Source of the DNA: Candidatus Hydrogenedentota bacterium
GTDB lineage: Bacteria > Hydrogenedentota > Hydrogenedentia > Hydrogenedentales > SLHB01
Direction: 5' to 3'
NCBI GenBank assembly: GCA_963674865.2
Contig: CAXXYE010000004.1
Location: 384,001 to 448,000 of the forward strand
DNA length: 64,000 nt
How positions within the stretch are numbered: the first letter of the stretch is position 1; every line of letters starts with the position of its first letter. The position numbers and the translations under genes are program-made. The notes beneath the pieces were generated by a model. That model ran no database searches, was not told the DNA's origin, and was given only the letters and a program-made list of their open reading frames with translations. This document shows positions 46,267 through 56,963 of the stretch, piece after piece.

Positions 46267-47753
46267 CGACGCTCGCGCGCCCAGCGTTCCATGCGTCGAT
46301 CCTCGTGGCGCATCCGCCAGCGCAGGAGATGTTGACAGTACTCAGCCACTTTGGCTGCGTAGGCCGGGTCGGCGGCGCAATTGTGAAACTCGTTTGGGTC
46401 GGCCTTCAAATCGAATAAGAGGGGGGGCATGTCTTTCTCGCCGAATTGCACATATTTGAAGTCGTTATCCCGCACCACCCATAAGATGCACTCGTCGGGA
46501 TTGACGCGCGCCTTCTCCTCGGGCTTCAGGGAGTAGTGGTAATAAAACTCGTAGTGGATGCGCTCGCGCGGCTTCGCTCCGGGCAGTCCGTGGAGCATAT
46601 CGAGCACACTCCGCCCCTGGAAGCGCTCGTGGGGCGGCAGACCGAGGAACTCACAAATGGTCGGGGCGGCGTCAATCGATTCGCAGAGGCCGTCAAAGCA
46701 CTGCCCACGGGTCGCATCCGCTCGGTGCGACGGATCGCGCACCACCAGCGGCACGCGCATGGCCGCGTCATAGAAGTGCGCCTTGTCTCTCAGGTAGTGA
46801 TCGCCCAGTGCCTCACCGTGATCGGCCGAGAAGACAATGAGCGTCGAGTCCCACTGGCCCGTGTCTTTCAATGCCTGGAATACACGCCCCAGACAGGCGT
46901 CGAGCTCGGAGATCATGCCGTAGTAACATGCCTGAATCTGTCGTAGTTCAGCCTCATCCTCGAGCTTTGGCCAGCTATTGACGGCGAACCTGCCGAGATA
47001 CGGATGGGACGCAGCAAGTTCTTCGGGCCGGCGCGTGGGCGCGGGCATGGCCGCGGGGTCATACATGGCGTGGTAGGGAGCGGGGCAGATGAAGGGAGGA
47101 TGGGGCTTGACGTAGTTGAGGTTAAGGAACCAACCTGTGCCGCGATTCTCCTCGATGTAATCGACGGCCTTGGTCGTGATGAACTGTCCTTCACTGTCCT
47201 CGGCCTTGTAGTGGGCGGGGTGGCTGCATGGCAAGCGATCGGCGGGAGCGTCCTCCGGCGCGTCTGGCGTGCAGATGGCTTGACGGTTGCACACACTTTC
47301 CGGATAGCCTTTCTGCCGAAGGTAATTGAAATAGGTGGGCGATGAAAGGCAATGCTCGTAGACGAAGTCAAGGCCGGGAAGGAAGTTGTCCTGGCCGACG
47401 ACCGTCTTGCGCCGGTGGCCTTCGGGGAGGATGCGCGGGTCGGCGGGGTAGTCGTTGAATCCGAGGGAGGCTGTCGGAACACCCTGGTTCTTGAGGTGCA
47501 TGGCAAGGTTATCTTCGGCGTCCACCAAAGGCGTTCCGTTATCCACACATCCCGTTGAGCACATGTACCGGCCCGTGAATATGGCCATGCGGCTGGGGGC
47601 GCAGGGCGTTGCCTGCACGAAGCACTTCTCGAAAAGAACGCCCTCGCGGGCCAGGGCATCGAGATGAGGTGTTTGAATCAGCGGGTTGCCCGCCGCCCCG
47701 ATGCAGTCCGCGCGGAATTGATCGGCAAGAATGAACAGCACATTCTTCTTCAA
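46263..47753 (-). CDS. Sulfatase-like hydrolase (choline-sulfatase / phosphonate monoester hydrolase type)
   Basis: NVLFILADQFR, CAPSR (CxPxR), KPHPP, SADHGE; TTG start after AAGGAG. Confidence 0.9.
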   Translation of the reverse strand: MKKNVLFILADQFRADCIGAAGNPLIQTPHLDALAREGVLFEKCFVQATPCAPSRMAIFTGRYMCSTGCVDNGTPLVDAEDNLAMHLKNQGVPTASLGFNDYPADPRILPEGHRRKTVVGQDNFLPGLDFVYEHCLSSPTYFNYLRQKGYPESVCNRQAICTPDAPEDAPADRLPCSHPAHYKAEDSEGQFITTKAVDYIEENRGTGWFLNLNYVKPHPPFICPAPYHAMYDPAAMPAPTRRPEELAASHPYLGRFAVNSWPKLEDEAELRQIQACYYGMISELDACLGRVFQALKDTGQWDSTLIVFSADHGEALGDHYLRDKAHFYDAAMRVPLVVRDPSHRADATRGQCFDGLCESIDAAPTICEFLGLPPHERFQGRSVLDMLHGLPGAKPRERIHYEFYYHYSLKPEEKARVNPDECILWVVRDNDFKYVQFGEKDMPPLLFDLKADPNEFHNCAADPAYAAKVAEYCQHLLRWRMRHEDRRMERWARERR

Positions 47754-47879
47754 GACACAGCTCCTTGCCCAGGGATTATTGTTGCCGCTATGCATACTGT
47801 ATGGAGGCAGGTATAAGCAACTTCGCGACGGCGGGGGAATGGAAAGCCTGAAGATCCGGACGGGCGCCCCGGGCAAGGA

Positions 47880-48710
47880 TCAGGCGCGGAAATCCTCCTG
47901 GTGCTCGGACACGTACACGCGTAGGCGTTTCATAACATCTTTCTCAATCTGCCGGATCCGTTCCCGGGTCAGACTGAACTCGCGGCCCGTTTCCTCAAGG
48001 GTGTGCGCCTTTCCGTCCTGAAGGCCGTATCGGTAGCGGATGATCTTCGCCTCACGCTCCGTAAGCTGTCCCATCAACTCGTCCATCTCCTGATCCACTT
48101 CGATGCGCGCGATGGCTTCGTTCATCTGTCGGGGCTGAATGCTTTCCGGGATGCCGCGTCCATCCTCGGTGGAGGTGCTTGCCATGTTGCTCAGGGGGGA
48201 GATGTCATCCACAAAAGCCTGGAGCTTTCGCGCCTCGGCCTCTTTGATGCCCATTTCCTCGGCGACTTCTTCCGGGCCCGGGTGTTTTCCGGTGCGAATG
48301 TAGAGGTCCTCGGCGGTTTTCTTGTAGCGGGAGACGTTGTCCGTGACATATACGGGTATTCTCACGGTGCGTCCATGGTTCGATAGCGCCCTGGTAACGG
48401 CTTGTCGAATCCACCAGGTCGCGTAGGTAGAGAACTTGCAGCCGCGGTCCGGATCATAGCGTTTGACGGCCTTCATGAGGCCAAGGTTGCCTTCCTCAAT
48501 GAGGTCGAGCAGGGGAAGGCCATAGTAGAGGTATTTCTTGGCGATGCTGACGACGAGGCGGAGGTTGGACACGATCAGCCGGCGCCGCGCCTCGGCATTC
48601 CCCGCCCTAATCTCTTTGGCCAGGCGGACTTCCTCGCTTGTCGAGAGCAAAGGAATCCTCGAGATCTCGGCCAGGTACGTGCTGAGGCCGTTCTCTCTTA
48701 CATCAAGCAT
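47880..48710 (-). CDS. Group-2 sigma70 factor (RpoD/RpoS-like, lacks region 1.1)
   Basis: [43 protein letters not shown]. Confidence 0.9.
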   Translation of the reverse strand: MLDVRENGLSTYLAEISRIPLLSTSEEVRLAKEIRAGNAEARRRLIVSNLRLVVSIAKKYLYYGLPLLDLIEEGNLGLMKAVKRYDPDRGCKFSTYATWWIRQAVTRALSNHGRTVRIPVYVTDNVSRYKKTAEDLYIRTGKHPGPEEVAEEMGIKEAEARKLQAFVDDISPLSNMASTSTEDGRGIPESIQPRQMNEAIARIEVDQEMDELMGQLTEREAKIIRYRYGLQDGKAHTLEETGREFSLTRERIRQIEKDVMKRLRVYVSEHQEDFRA

Positions 48711-48714
48711 AGGT

Positions 48715-49617
48715 TTACCTCAGTAGATACTTCGGCACAAGTGCGCCGCGGCTCAAGCGCCCTTTCCCGGCGGGAACGCCGAGCCGCTCCAGCATGCTCA
48801 ACAGGGACATGGGCTCCCTGCCTTTTCGGATGATGCGGGGCTCCCCTTGAATTCCCGCCCTTTCGGCGGCATAGCGCACGGCCTCATCCAGGCCGCCGAT
48901 CTCGTCGATCAGGTTGAGCTTGAGGGCCTGCCGCCCGGTGAAAACGCGCCCATCGGCAATGGACAGTACCTCCTGGCGGGGCATTTGGCGCGAGTTCTCG
49001 ACGGCCTCAACGAAAATGTCGTGATAGTCGGCCACGAGTTCCTCGAAGTGGGCGCGTTGCCGCTCGGTGAGGGGGGCCGCAAGGGAGCCGGCGCCTTTGA
49101 ATTCGCCGCTGGTGATTTGCTCGAACTTGACGCCGATGCGCGCAAGCAGTTCCGCGGCGGAAGAGTACTCGAGAAGCACGCCGAGACTGCCGGTGAGGGA
49201 ACTCTTATTGGCAAAGATGTGATCCGCCGCAAGGCACACATAATAGCCGCCCGAAGCGGCTGTCGGCCCCATCGAAGCTACGATGGGCATCTCATTCTCT
49301 TCGCCGGCCTTCTTGATGGCGTTGTAAACCTCCTCAACAACCGAGATGACGCCGCCCGGACTGTCCACGCGCAATACCAGCGCCTTCGTATTCGGATTGC
49401 CTACGAGGGTCTCCAGCTGGGCGAGTAGCGGCCGTTCATCATAAAGTTCACCTTCAACATCCAGGACGGCCACGCCGGGCCCGTAAGGGAGTTCGTAGCC
49501 GCGTATCGCCAACACAAGGCCGCACGCGGCCACGAGAAGGGCCACCACCATGGTTAACGCCAGGGCGCTCAATACAATGCAGCCCCATCCGGTGCGTTTA
49601 TTGCGCTCAGTACTCAT
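48715..49617 (-). CDS. sppA: Signal peptide peptidase SppA
   Basis: [31 protein letters not shown]. Confidence 0.93.
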   Translation of the reverse strand: MSTERNKRTGWGCIVLSALALTMVVALLVAACGLVLAIRGYELPYGPGVAVLDVEGELYDERPLLAQLETLVGNPNTKALVLRVDSPGGVISVVEEVYNAIKKAGEENEMPIVASMGPTAASGGYYVCLAADHIFANKSSLTGSLGVLLEYSSAAELLARIGVKFEQITSGEFKGAGSLAAPLTERQRAHFEELVADYHDIFVEAVENSRQMPRQEVLSIADGRVFTGRQALKLNLIDEIGGLDEAVRYAAERAGIQGEPRIIRKGREPMSLLSMLERLGVPAGKGRLSRGALVPKYLLR

Positions 49618-49977
49618 GTCTCTCCTTGCCGTCTCGGGCCATTCTATCCAACACCCGACACCCCTTCAACCATTTCGGGCGACGTCAACTGTCTCATGCG
49701 CGGAACTCTGCATGCGGGGGCGCGTCCAAGCGTTTCCGCTGCTATGAGATACAACCTATGCCGCATTCTATGCAGCATGATACCTCGACTATTGATCCTA
49801 GGCCGATGCATACGGTTGCCCGCCGGGTTCCAGAACGGATCCGGGATGAGGAGCGGCCCTAGCTGTTGTGTTCCTCGTGCATGCCGAAAAGTGTAGAAGC
49901 CAAGGCTTGCTGTACTTCCGCGTATGAGTTCTCGGACTAAATTGCCCGTGAGCTGGAGGCAGGAGACACGGTGTGCT

Positions 49978-51576
49978 TCACTTTGGCCGCTCCAGCCTCT
50001 GGCCGAGGGCCAGTAACCGCGGCCGAAGTTCGTCATACGGTAGCGCCTGGACAGGGACATCTTTCAGAACCGCCATTGCCGCGGCCACGCCGGCCGATTC
50101 TCCGAGGATCATCCAGACGGGTTCCATTCTGATTGATGTCATAGCGATGTGGCTTGCTGAACAGCACACGGGCACCAGCAAGTTTGCGCATTCTTCGCGA
50201 AATGGTGTGATGGACTCGTAGGGGATCTTGTAAATGCCGCGATGGCGGGCATCTAAGTAGAGAATGGAGAACTCGCCGCCGCTCAGGGCAACCTTGCCGT
50301 CGAGGGCTACCGTTGCGTACGGCCAATCGTCCACACCATAGGAGGCCAAGCCGACAGAATGGGGGGGATCGGTCTTTCCCTCGAGATCCCTTTGGGTGAG
50401 CACATACGAAGACACCATGCGGCGCGCTTCGCGCACGTATAACTGGTGCGGCCAGCCGTTGGTATCATCGAACATGCCTTGCTGGAACGTCACCTTGGCT
50501 GCAAGTGCCTTCAACTCGGCCGGGGGCGACGGATCCGTGCGGATGAAATGTGTCAGATTGCGGAAGAAGTCCTGTTGAGACTTCCATATGTTCGCCCGCA
50601 CGGCGCAGTCGCCGTCCGGGTAATCGGCATTACTGCCATATACTGTTGTCGTCAGCAGCGAGCGATTCATATTGCCGAAGCCAACGCGATACAGTCTGCC
50701 GTTGTCTTCGCTTATCTCACCAAGTGTGCGCATCTTTCGCGCGCGAAGGAGGTCAAGGCCCCCAGCAAATCCTCGTCGGTAAAGCTCGAACTGCGCCGGG
50801 TCATAGTCATCCGTAGGTGTGATAGGGAGTCCGTCGCCGCTCATATCAAATTTGTAGCGGAACGCGTATCCCATCGTCAGTCCGTCCGCGCTTCCGAGTG
50901 GCCCGATCTTTCGATCCTGCAGGAGGGGGAGAAGTCCGCTGGCCGGATCGCCGGGGACGTTGTAAGAATCGATGTCATAGAGCCACAAATGCGGCCGCAC
51001 GCCGGCGAGTGACTCGCCATAGTGTTGTGCCGATTCCCGCCCGAATGAGTAGGACACACCGCTCGCGGCCATGAGGTCGCCTTCATAAGAGCAGTCGATG
51101 TAGACCTTTGCTCGAATGGTCACAGCATTGCAGGTTTCCGGCTCGGCAACCGGACAGCCGACGGCATCGGGCGGGGCGTAATCGAGCGAGATAGAACGTA
51201 TCGACTCGCCATCGCCGTGAACCGCGCTCAGGCGGTGCTCATAGAGCACTTCGATGTTGTGTTTGGCCACGAGATCGCCGAATACGCGGCGGTATTCCGC
51301 ATTGTCGTACTTGCGCTCCAGGATTGACAGCGATGAACCGCCAACGGCCTCTTCCCGCCCCCAATCAATATGGCTTATCCCGCCGCCCGTCATGCCTCCG
51401 AGCCACCGACTCGGCTCAACAATAAGTACCTTGCATCCTTCCAGCGACGCTGCGGCAGCCGCCATAATGCCGCTGGCGGTGCCGGCGTAAATGCAGATTT
51501 CCACTATGTGTTCGCATGGCACGTCCGTGTTTGTCGCTGTTGGAGACTCTTTCTGCGAGAGATCTGTGTCGGCCAT
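49978..51576 (-). CDS. FAD-dependent oxidoreductase (PF12831-like)
   Basis: YAGTASGIMAA, LGGMTGGG, DCSYEGDL, LYVREARRM, SIRMEPVWM. Confidence 0.85.
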   Translation of the reverse strand: MADTDLSQKESPTATNTDVPCEHIVEICIYAGTASGIMAAAAASLEGCKVLIVEPSRWLGGMTGGGISHIDWGREEAVGGSSLSILERKYDNAEYRRVFGDLVAKHNIEVLYEHRLSAVHGDGESIRSISLDYAPPDAVGCPVAEPETCNAVTIRAKVYIDCSYEGDLMAASGVSYSFGRESAQHYGESLAGVRPHLWLYDIDSYNVPGDPASGLLPLLQDRKIGPLGSADGLTMGYAFRYKFDMSGDGLPITPTDDYDPAQFELYRRGFAGGLDLLRARKMRTLGEISEDNGRLYRVGFGNMNRSLLTTTVYGSNADYPDGDCAVRANIWKSQQDFFRNLTHFIRTDPSPPAELKALAAKVTFQQGMFDDTNGWPHQLYVREARRMVSSYVLTQRDLEGKTDPPHSVGLASYGVDDWPYATVALDGKVALSGGEFSILYLDARHRGIYKIPYESITPFREECANLLVPVCCSASHIAMTSIRMEPVWMILGESAGVAAAMAVLKDVPVQALPYDELRPRLLALGQRLERPK

Positions 51577-51996
51577 AACCTCTTTCTCTTGTTTGTTCCG
51601 TTCAATAAGAATTTCGTTGGCTATTCTACAAAAAGCCGGGCAGAGCACACACGCCAGTCCGTCCCGTGGCTTGTTCCTTCCGAATAATGAGCCATCCCCC
51701 CTTTGAGGTGAAGAGTGTGCCCTTCGAGGATCCTCTTGATGCCACCATTTAATCCATACTGCCTGTCGAAGGCGGTTTAGAGATCAGTGTGCAACTGCAT
51801 ACGTCCCACTTGGAGGGCACGGGCTTATTCCAGCGTAAGGCTCGCGTGACCACGAGTCTTGGCGAGGCCAATTGGCTTTACGCCTGCCGTCTGTAGTGGC
51901 TTGTATTTGGGGCTTACAAATGCTATGCTAGGCAAGTCTTCTGCTGAAGCAGCTCGTCCGATGGCATGCGTTGAGAAGACCGGGAAAGGGGTAGCC

Positions 51997-52281
51997 ATGA
52001 AGAGCAACCTGTGGAACACAGCATCGATTGTTGTTCTGTTGATCGGTGTGGCCGGTGTGCTTTGGCAGGATCGAGGCATCGTCGCGGTGAACATGGCCGT
52101 TGCCTTCGTTATTGGCGCCATTGCCTTTGCCCAGCACATCCGCAGAGTCCAGCGAGTTGACGAGGATGGCGCCGACTCTGTTCGCTCCGTGTCGACAGGA
52201 CTGATTGGCGACATATGGGGATTCGTTCTCCTCACGCTGGTGGTCGGCCTCGGGCTGTGGGCCGTGTCACGTCTGGGATAG
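51997..52281 (+). CDS. Small hypothetical membrane protein
   Basis: Three hydrophobic segments; AAAGGGG RBS before ATG 51997. Confidence 0.5.
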   Translation: MKSNLWNTASIVVLLIGVAGVLWQDRGIVAVNMAVAFVIGAIAFAQHIRRVQRVDEDGADSVRSVSTGLIGDIWGFVLLTLVVGLGLWAVSRLG

Positions 52282-52861
52282 GCGTGGGCATCCGCCATGC
52301 ACCTGTCAAGGAATGGGTGCACTGCCCCGAGTCATGTCCATGGTTCCTTGGGTGGCTGTAGGACGCGTTTGTAGGGGTGCATATGAGTTGGGGGATTGAG
52401 TGCGAAGGTCTTCTTTCCTGGAGTGCCGGGGGCCCGCTTGCGGGCAGGACAACATAGCGGGGGCTGGAGCGGGCAGAGGAAAAGGCCGCCACGGGCTCTA
52501 TGGGTTGTGCGCGACACGGGCGTATTCTGCAACAGGAAGATTGGCTGAACCTTCGAAGTGGATCCGTTTTCGGGCAGGCATCATCACCCTCACGTGTATT
52601 GAATCCGGCCACTTCCTAGGGGGAGCATAGCGAACGCGGGATGGCCCGGCTATCGTTCGCCTTGTTGGTTTAACCAACCAGGATTCACCTCCTCCCTGCG
52701 CCATCGCGCGGAATCGAGAATCCGGAGAAACGGAGAAGTGGGCGGTGAAATGGCGCTTCTCAAGCGGCCAATGGTACCATCGGACGCCACACGATGTGCA
52801 TGACCTCCGCCTATGAATCGCGGCTGGGAGTCCGGCGCCGCTGGGAAAGGAGTTTGGCTGA

Positions 52862-53893
52862 GTGGCTGGAAAAACGGCGAAGCAACGCCTCCGGTCCTTT
52901 GCAGTAGCGGCGGCGCTACTCTGCGGCTCGTCGCTGCTGGGGCTGGCCCTCGTTGAGGTGGGCGTCCGTCTATTTGCGCCCCAGCCGGAGATCGCCGAGT
53001 GGTTCAAGGCCGACGCTCGCTACGGCTTTGCCATGAAGCCGCATGCCAGGCAGGCCTACCGATACCTTGGTCATGGCTTCACGATGAATGTGGAAACCAA
53101 TGCCCAGGGCTTTCGTGATGACGAGCATGACTTCGCCCATCCCTTCGCCGGGCGCACGGTGTTGCTCCTCGGCGATTCGTTCGTATTCGGCTACGGCGTG
53201 AACCGGCCGGATCGCTTCGACACGTATCTCCGCGCTGGATTCGCCGGGAAAGATCCTCCGGTACGCGTCATCAACACGGGCGTGCCCGGCTGGGGGACGG
53301 CGGTTGAGGTACGCTATGCGCTCGATCACATAAAGGTTTACCAGCCGGACGTGGTCTTATTGCTTTTCTGCGGCAATGATCCCGGAAATGATCGGGGCAG
53401 GGACCTGCCGGCGCTATCCGACGAGTCCAGTCGCTTGTATTATCCCAAGCTCCTTTTGCGGAAGCATTCGCACGCATACCGCCTCCTCTTGAAGCAGGTG
53501 GCGCTGTTCAGGCATCGCCGAGCGCTCAAGAGCCGGCGGGAGCGGTCTCCCGAGGCCACTCTCAATGTGCAGAGTGCGAGCGTGATCTCGGATGAGGACT
53601 GGCAACACTCCCTCTCGCTGATCCGAGACTTCCATGATAAGCTGCTCGGCGCCCGTCCCAACGCGGCCCTCATCGTGATGGCCACTTCACCTGAGGACAC
53701 CGCCATCCACGAGCGACTCGCCGGCCTTTCAAATGGCAACAGCCTCTTCTACCTCGATCTTGAACCGGCTTTGGCAGAGCTTTCTGAGGAGGAGCGCCGC
53801 ATGCCTTGGGACGGCCACTGGAGTCCGGCCGTTCACAAGATAGCGGGGGAACTTCTGTGTGATTTCATCGAGGAACACCACCTCCTCGACTGA
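52862..53893 (+). CDS. SGNH/GDSL hydrolase family protein
   Basis: LGDSFVFG, NTGVPGWG, GND, DGHW; N-terminal TM. Confidence 0.88.
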   Translation: MAGKTAKQRLRSFAVAAALLCGSSLLGLALVEVGVRLFAPQPEIAEWFKADARYGFAMKPHARQAYRYLGHGFTMNVETNAQGFRDDEHDFAHPFAGRTVLLLGDSFVFGYGVNRPDRFDTYLRAGFAGKDPPVRVINTGVPGWGTAVEVRYALDHIKVYQPDVVLLLFCGNDPGNDRGRDLPALSDESSRLYYPKLLLRKHSHAYRLLLKQVALFRHRRALKSRRERSPEATLNVQSASVISDEDWQHSLSLIRDFHDKLLGARPNAALIVMATSPEDTAIHERLAGLSNGNSLFYLDLEPALAELSEEERRMPWDGHWSPAVHKIAGELLCDFIEEHHLLD

Positions 53894-53994
53894 CTGGACA
53901 TGGCCCGTGGGCCTTGTCGGCCACGCAAGGGGGCGGCTATAATCCGGCGCATACTTCGGGAGGCGCAATAGCTTGAACTACGGAATCGCCAGCC

Positions 53995-54531
53995 GTGCTT
54001 GACGAGAACACGCGATACATGCAGGCAGCCATTCGGGCCGCGGAATCCGCCCTGGAAGCCGGGGAGGTCCCGGTGGGCTGCGTCATTGTACACGAGCGCC
54101 AGATCATCGGGAAGGCGCACAACCAGCGTGAGACGCTTCAGGATCCAACCGCCCACGCGGAGATTCTCGCCATCACTCAGGCCGCGGCGCACCTGGGCAC
54201 CTGGCGTCTAGAGAACACCAAGCTCTATGTTACGTTGGAGCCTTGTCCCATGTGCGCCGGAGCGATCATCCTTGCGCGTATACCTGAGGTGTACTTCGGC
54301 GCGTTCGATCCGAAGGCGGGCGCGTGCGGTACCTTGATGAACCTGTTGGAAGATGGCCGCTTCAACCACACCGCGGTCGTTCACGCGGGATTGTTGGGGG
54401 ACGAGTGCGCCGCGCTGCTAACGGGCTTTTTCCAGAGTATTAGACGTGGTGCGCAATCACGCCCCCGTTCTGATCGGGACGGGCGGAATGGCCAAGGCAC
54501 GGATTGCCCGCTGCCTGACCCCTTGCTATAA
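53995..54531 (+). CDS. tadA: tRNA adenosine(34) deaminase
   Basis: GEVPVG, TAHAE, TLEPCPMC, DPKAGA. Confidence 0.95.
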   Translation: MLDENTRYMQAAIRAAESALEAGEVPVGCVIVHERQIIGKAHNQRETLQDPTAHAEILAITQAAAHLGTWRLENTKLYVTLEPCPMCAGAIILARIPEVYFGAFDPKAGACGTLMNLLEDGRFNHTAVVHAGLLGDECAALLTGFFQSIRRGAQSRPRSDRDGRNGQGTDCPLPDPLL

Positions 54532-54569
54532 TCGCCTCGCTAAACCACACCCCTCAAGGGAGAATCCTG

Positions 54570-55325
54570 ATGAGTGATTTGCTGGCCCAGCTTGTCGAAA
54601 TGTCCCGCTACCTTGGGAGTCCCGGGAAGAATTACGCAATTCTTGGCGAAGGCAACACGTCGGCCCGTGTTGATGAAGAGCGGTTCTATGTCAAGGCTTC
54701 GGGGACGTCTCTTAGCACGATTGCGTCCGACGGTTTTGTCGCCGTATCAATCAAGAATGTCTGTGCTCTCCTCGACGATCCCGACGCCGGGGATGAGGAC
54801 GTCACGCGCGTACTGAGTGAGGCGCGTGTCGATCCGGACGAGACGCGTCGCCCCTCAGTCGAAACGGTGCTTCACGCGATCTTGCTCCAGTATCCCGAAT
54901 GCCGGTTTGTCGGCCACACCCATCCCGTTTACACCAATATGCTTTTGTGTTCACAGCGGGCTGAGGAAGCGGTGTCAGGGCGTATCTTCCCGGATCAGAT
55001 CGTGTCGATGGGACACAAGTCCATCTTCATCCCCTATGTCGATCCGGGACTGCCGCTTGCGCGTGAAGTGCGGCGACGCGTGGCGGACTACGTCGAATCC
55101 GAGCGCGTTCTGCCCCGTGTGCTCATGATGCAAAACCACGGTTTGATCGTCCTGGGCGATTCGCCCAAGGCGGTGAAGTCCTGTACGGATATGACGGAGA
55201 AGGCGTCGCAGGTGCTCGTGGGAACCTACGCGCTCGGCGGGCCGCGCTTCATGGAGCCGCGCGATGTCGACCGCATATTCACGCGACCTGATGAAGCCTA
55301 TCGACTCAAGAGCATAGCCGGCTGA
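54570..55325 (+). CDS. Class II aldolase/adducin family protein
   Basis: GEGNTS, KASG, RPSVETVLH, HTHP, QNHG. Confidence 0.9.
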   Translation: MSDLLAQLVEMSRYLGSPGKNYAILGEGNTSARVDEERFYVKASGTSLSTIASDGFVAVSIKNVCALLDDPDAGDEDVTRVLSEARVDPDETRRPSVETVLHAILLQYPECRFVGHTHPVYTNMLLCSQRAEEAVSGRIFPDQIVSMGHKSIFIPYVDPGLPLAREVRRRVADYVESERVLPRVLMMQNHGLIVLGDSPKAVKSCTDMTEKASQVLVGTYALGGPRFMEPRDVDRIFTRPDEAYRLKSIAG

Positions 55326-55358
55326 GGCCTGTCCGAGGGCACAGCCAAGGAGAAAAGC

Positions 55359-56963
55359 GTGACGAGATTTGAGGAATACGGGAGGGCTGACGCGCCGCTG
55401 CCTTCAACCTACAGCGCGTGGCAAGTGTTCGGAGCGGGATTCGAGAATATTGGGCGCGACGGCAAACCGGTCGAACTTGAACTGCGCCCCCCCGCCGAGG
55501 ATGAGATCCTGCTTCGTGTAGATGCATTGGGACTTTGCCTGTCGGATATCAAGATCGTGAATCTTGGCGGCAAGCATCCGCGTCTTCGCGGCCGCGACTT
55601 GGCACACGATCCCACCGTGCTTGGCCATGAGGCTGCGGTGACGGTCGCGGCGGTAGGTGCGAAATGGAAGGACCGGTTTGGCGTCGGTGAGCGCTATATC
55701 GTCCAGGCCGATATCTACTACAAGGGCCTTGGCTACGCCTTCGGTTATCTTATTCCAGGGGGCCTCGCCCAGTACTGCTATCTCGACGAGCGCGCCCTCG
55801 ACGGCGATGAAGGCTGCTACCTGTTGCCGGTAAAGGCCGACACGGGATACAGCCAAGCCGCTTTGGCGGAGCCGTGGGCCTGCGTCGAGATGTCCTACAG
55901 CCTTGACGACCGCCTACGCCCGGGCTGCGGCGACTTGCTTATCGTGACAGATGATCCGGCAGCATGGGAAGAAGCCAATCCCGACGCCCTCATCCTCCCG
56001 CCGACGCTCGACACTCTGGCGGATGATCGGTTTGACGACATCATTCTCACCTCCCCGACGGCCGAATTGGTGAATGCGCTGGCGCCGAGACTGCGTAAGA
56101 ACGGCGCCATGTTTCTCTTAGGCTTTGGCGAGGACGCCGGCGTGACGCTGGACATAGGGCGAATTCACTACGACGGCCTGCGATTCTACGGCGGCGGGGA
56201 GGATATGGAGGCCGTCGAGGAGGCGAATGCGCGGCACACGCTCCGCGCCGGGGGGGGCGCCTTGTTTATCGGTGCGGGCGGGCCGATGGGCCAGATGCAC
56301 GTGCAGCGAGCCATTGAGGTGTCGGGCGGCCCGAAGCGCGTCGTCGTCACCGACCTGGACCGCGCGCGGCTGGACCACATTGCCGCACGGTTCGACGAGT
56401 TGGCCCGCGGAAAACAGGTCGAACTGATCACTTTGTCGCCGAGCGAATTCGAAGATCAGGGCGCCATGGACGCGCGCCTGCGTTCCCTCGCGCCGGATGG
56501 CTATGACGATGTGGTTGTCCTTGCGCCGGTAGCCTCATTGGTGTCCGCAGCAACCAAGTTCGCGGCGGACAACGGCCTGGTCAATGTGTTCGCCGGCCTG
56601 GCCATCGGCACCACGGCCGAGATAGGGCTCCGCGACCTTTGCCGGGGAGTGAAAATCATCGGTTCCAGCGGATCGCGTATTCGCGATCTCAAGAAAGTGC
56701 TCGACATGGTCGAGGATGGCAAACTCAACACCAATATGAGCGTTGCGGCAATCGGTGGGCTGAACGCGGCGCGTGAGGGACTTGAGGGAGTGCGGGAGGC
56801 CCGCTATCCCGGCAAGACCGTCATCTACACACAGATTCCCTCGCTGCCCCTGATGAGCATTGAGGACATTCCGGAGAAGCTTCCTGAGATTGGCCCCCTC
56901 TTGGGCTCGCAGTGCGCCTGGACCAAGGAAGCGGAGAAAGCTTTGTTGGAGAATAACTTATGA
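55359..56963 (+). CDS. Large zinc-binding dehydrogenase (sorbose-1-phosphate reductase-like)
   Basis: GLCLSDIK, GHE, AEPWAC, GAGGPMG. Confidence 0.8.
   Translation: MTRFEEYGRADAPLPSTYSAWQVFGAGFENIGRDGKPVELELRPPAEDEILLRVDALGLCLSDIKIVNLGGKHPRLRGRDLAHDPTVLGHEAAVTVAAVGAKWKDRFGVGERYIVQADIYYKGLGYAFGYLIPGGLAQYCYLDERALDGDEGCYLLPVKADTGYSQAALAEPWACVEMSYSLDDRLRPGCGDLLIVTDDPAAWEEANPDALILPPTLDTLADDRFDDIILTSPTAELVNALAPRLRKNGAMFLLGFGEDAGVTLDIGRIHYDGLRFYGGGEDMEAVEEANARHTLRAGGGALFIGAGGPMGQMHVQRAIEVSGGPKRVVVTDLDRARLDHIAARFDELARGKQVELITLSPSEFEDQGAMDARLRSLAPDGYDDVVVLAPVASLVSAATKFAADNGLVNVFAGLAIGTTAEIGLRDLCRGVKIIGSSGSRIRDLKKVLDMVEDGKLNTNMSVAAIGGLNAAREGLEGVREARYPGKTVIYTQIPSLPLMSIEDIPEKLPEIGPLLGSQCAWTKEAEKALLENNL

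Noticed and set aside
52282..52861. 580-bp gap containing several short ORFs
   Set aside because: No motif, RBS, repeat or convincing structure found
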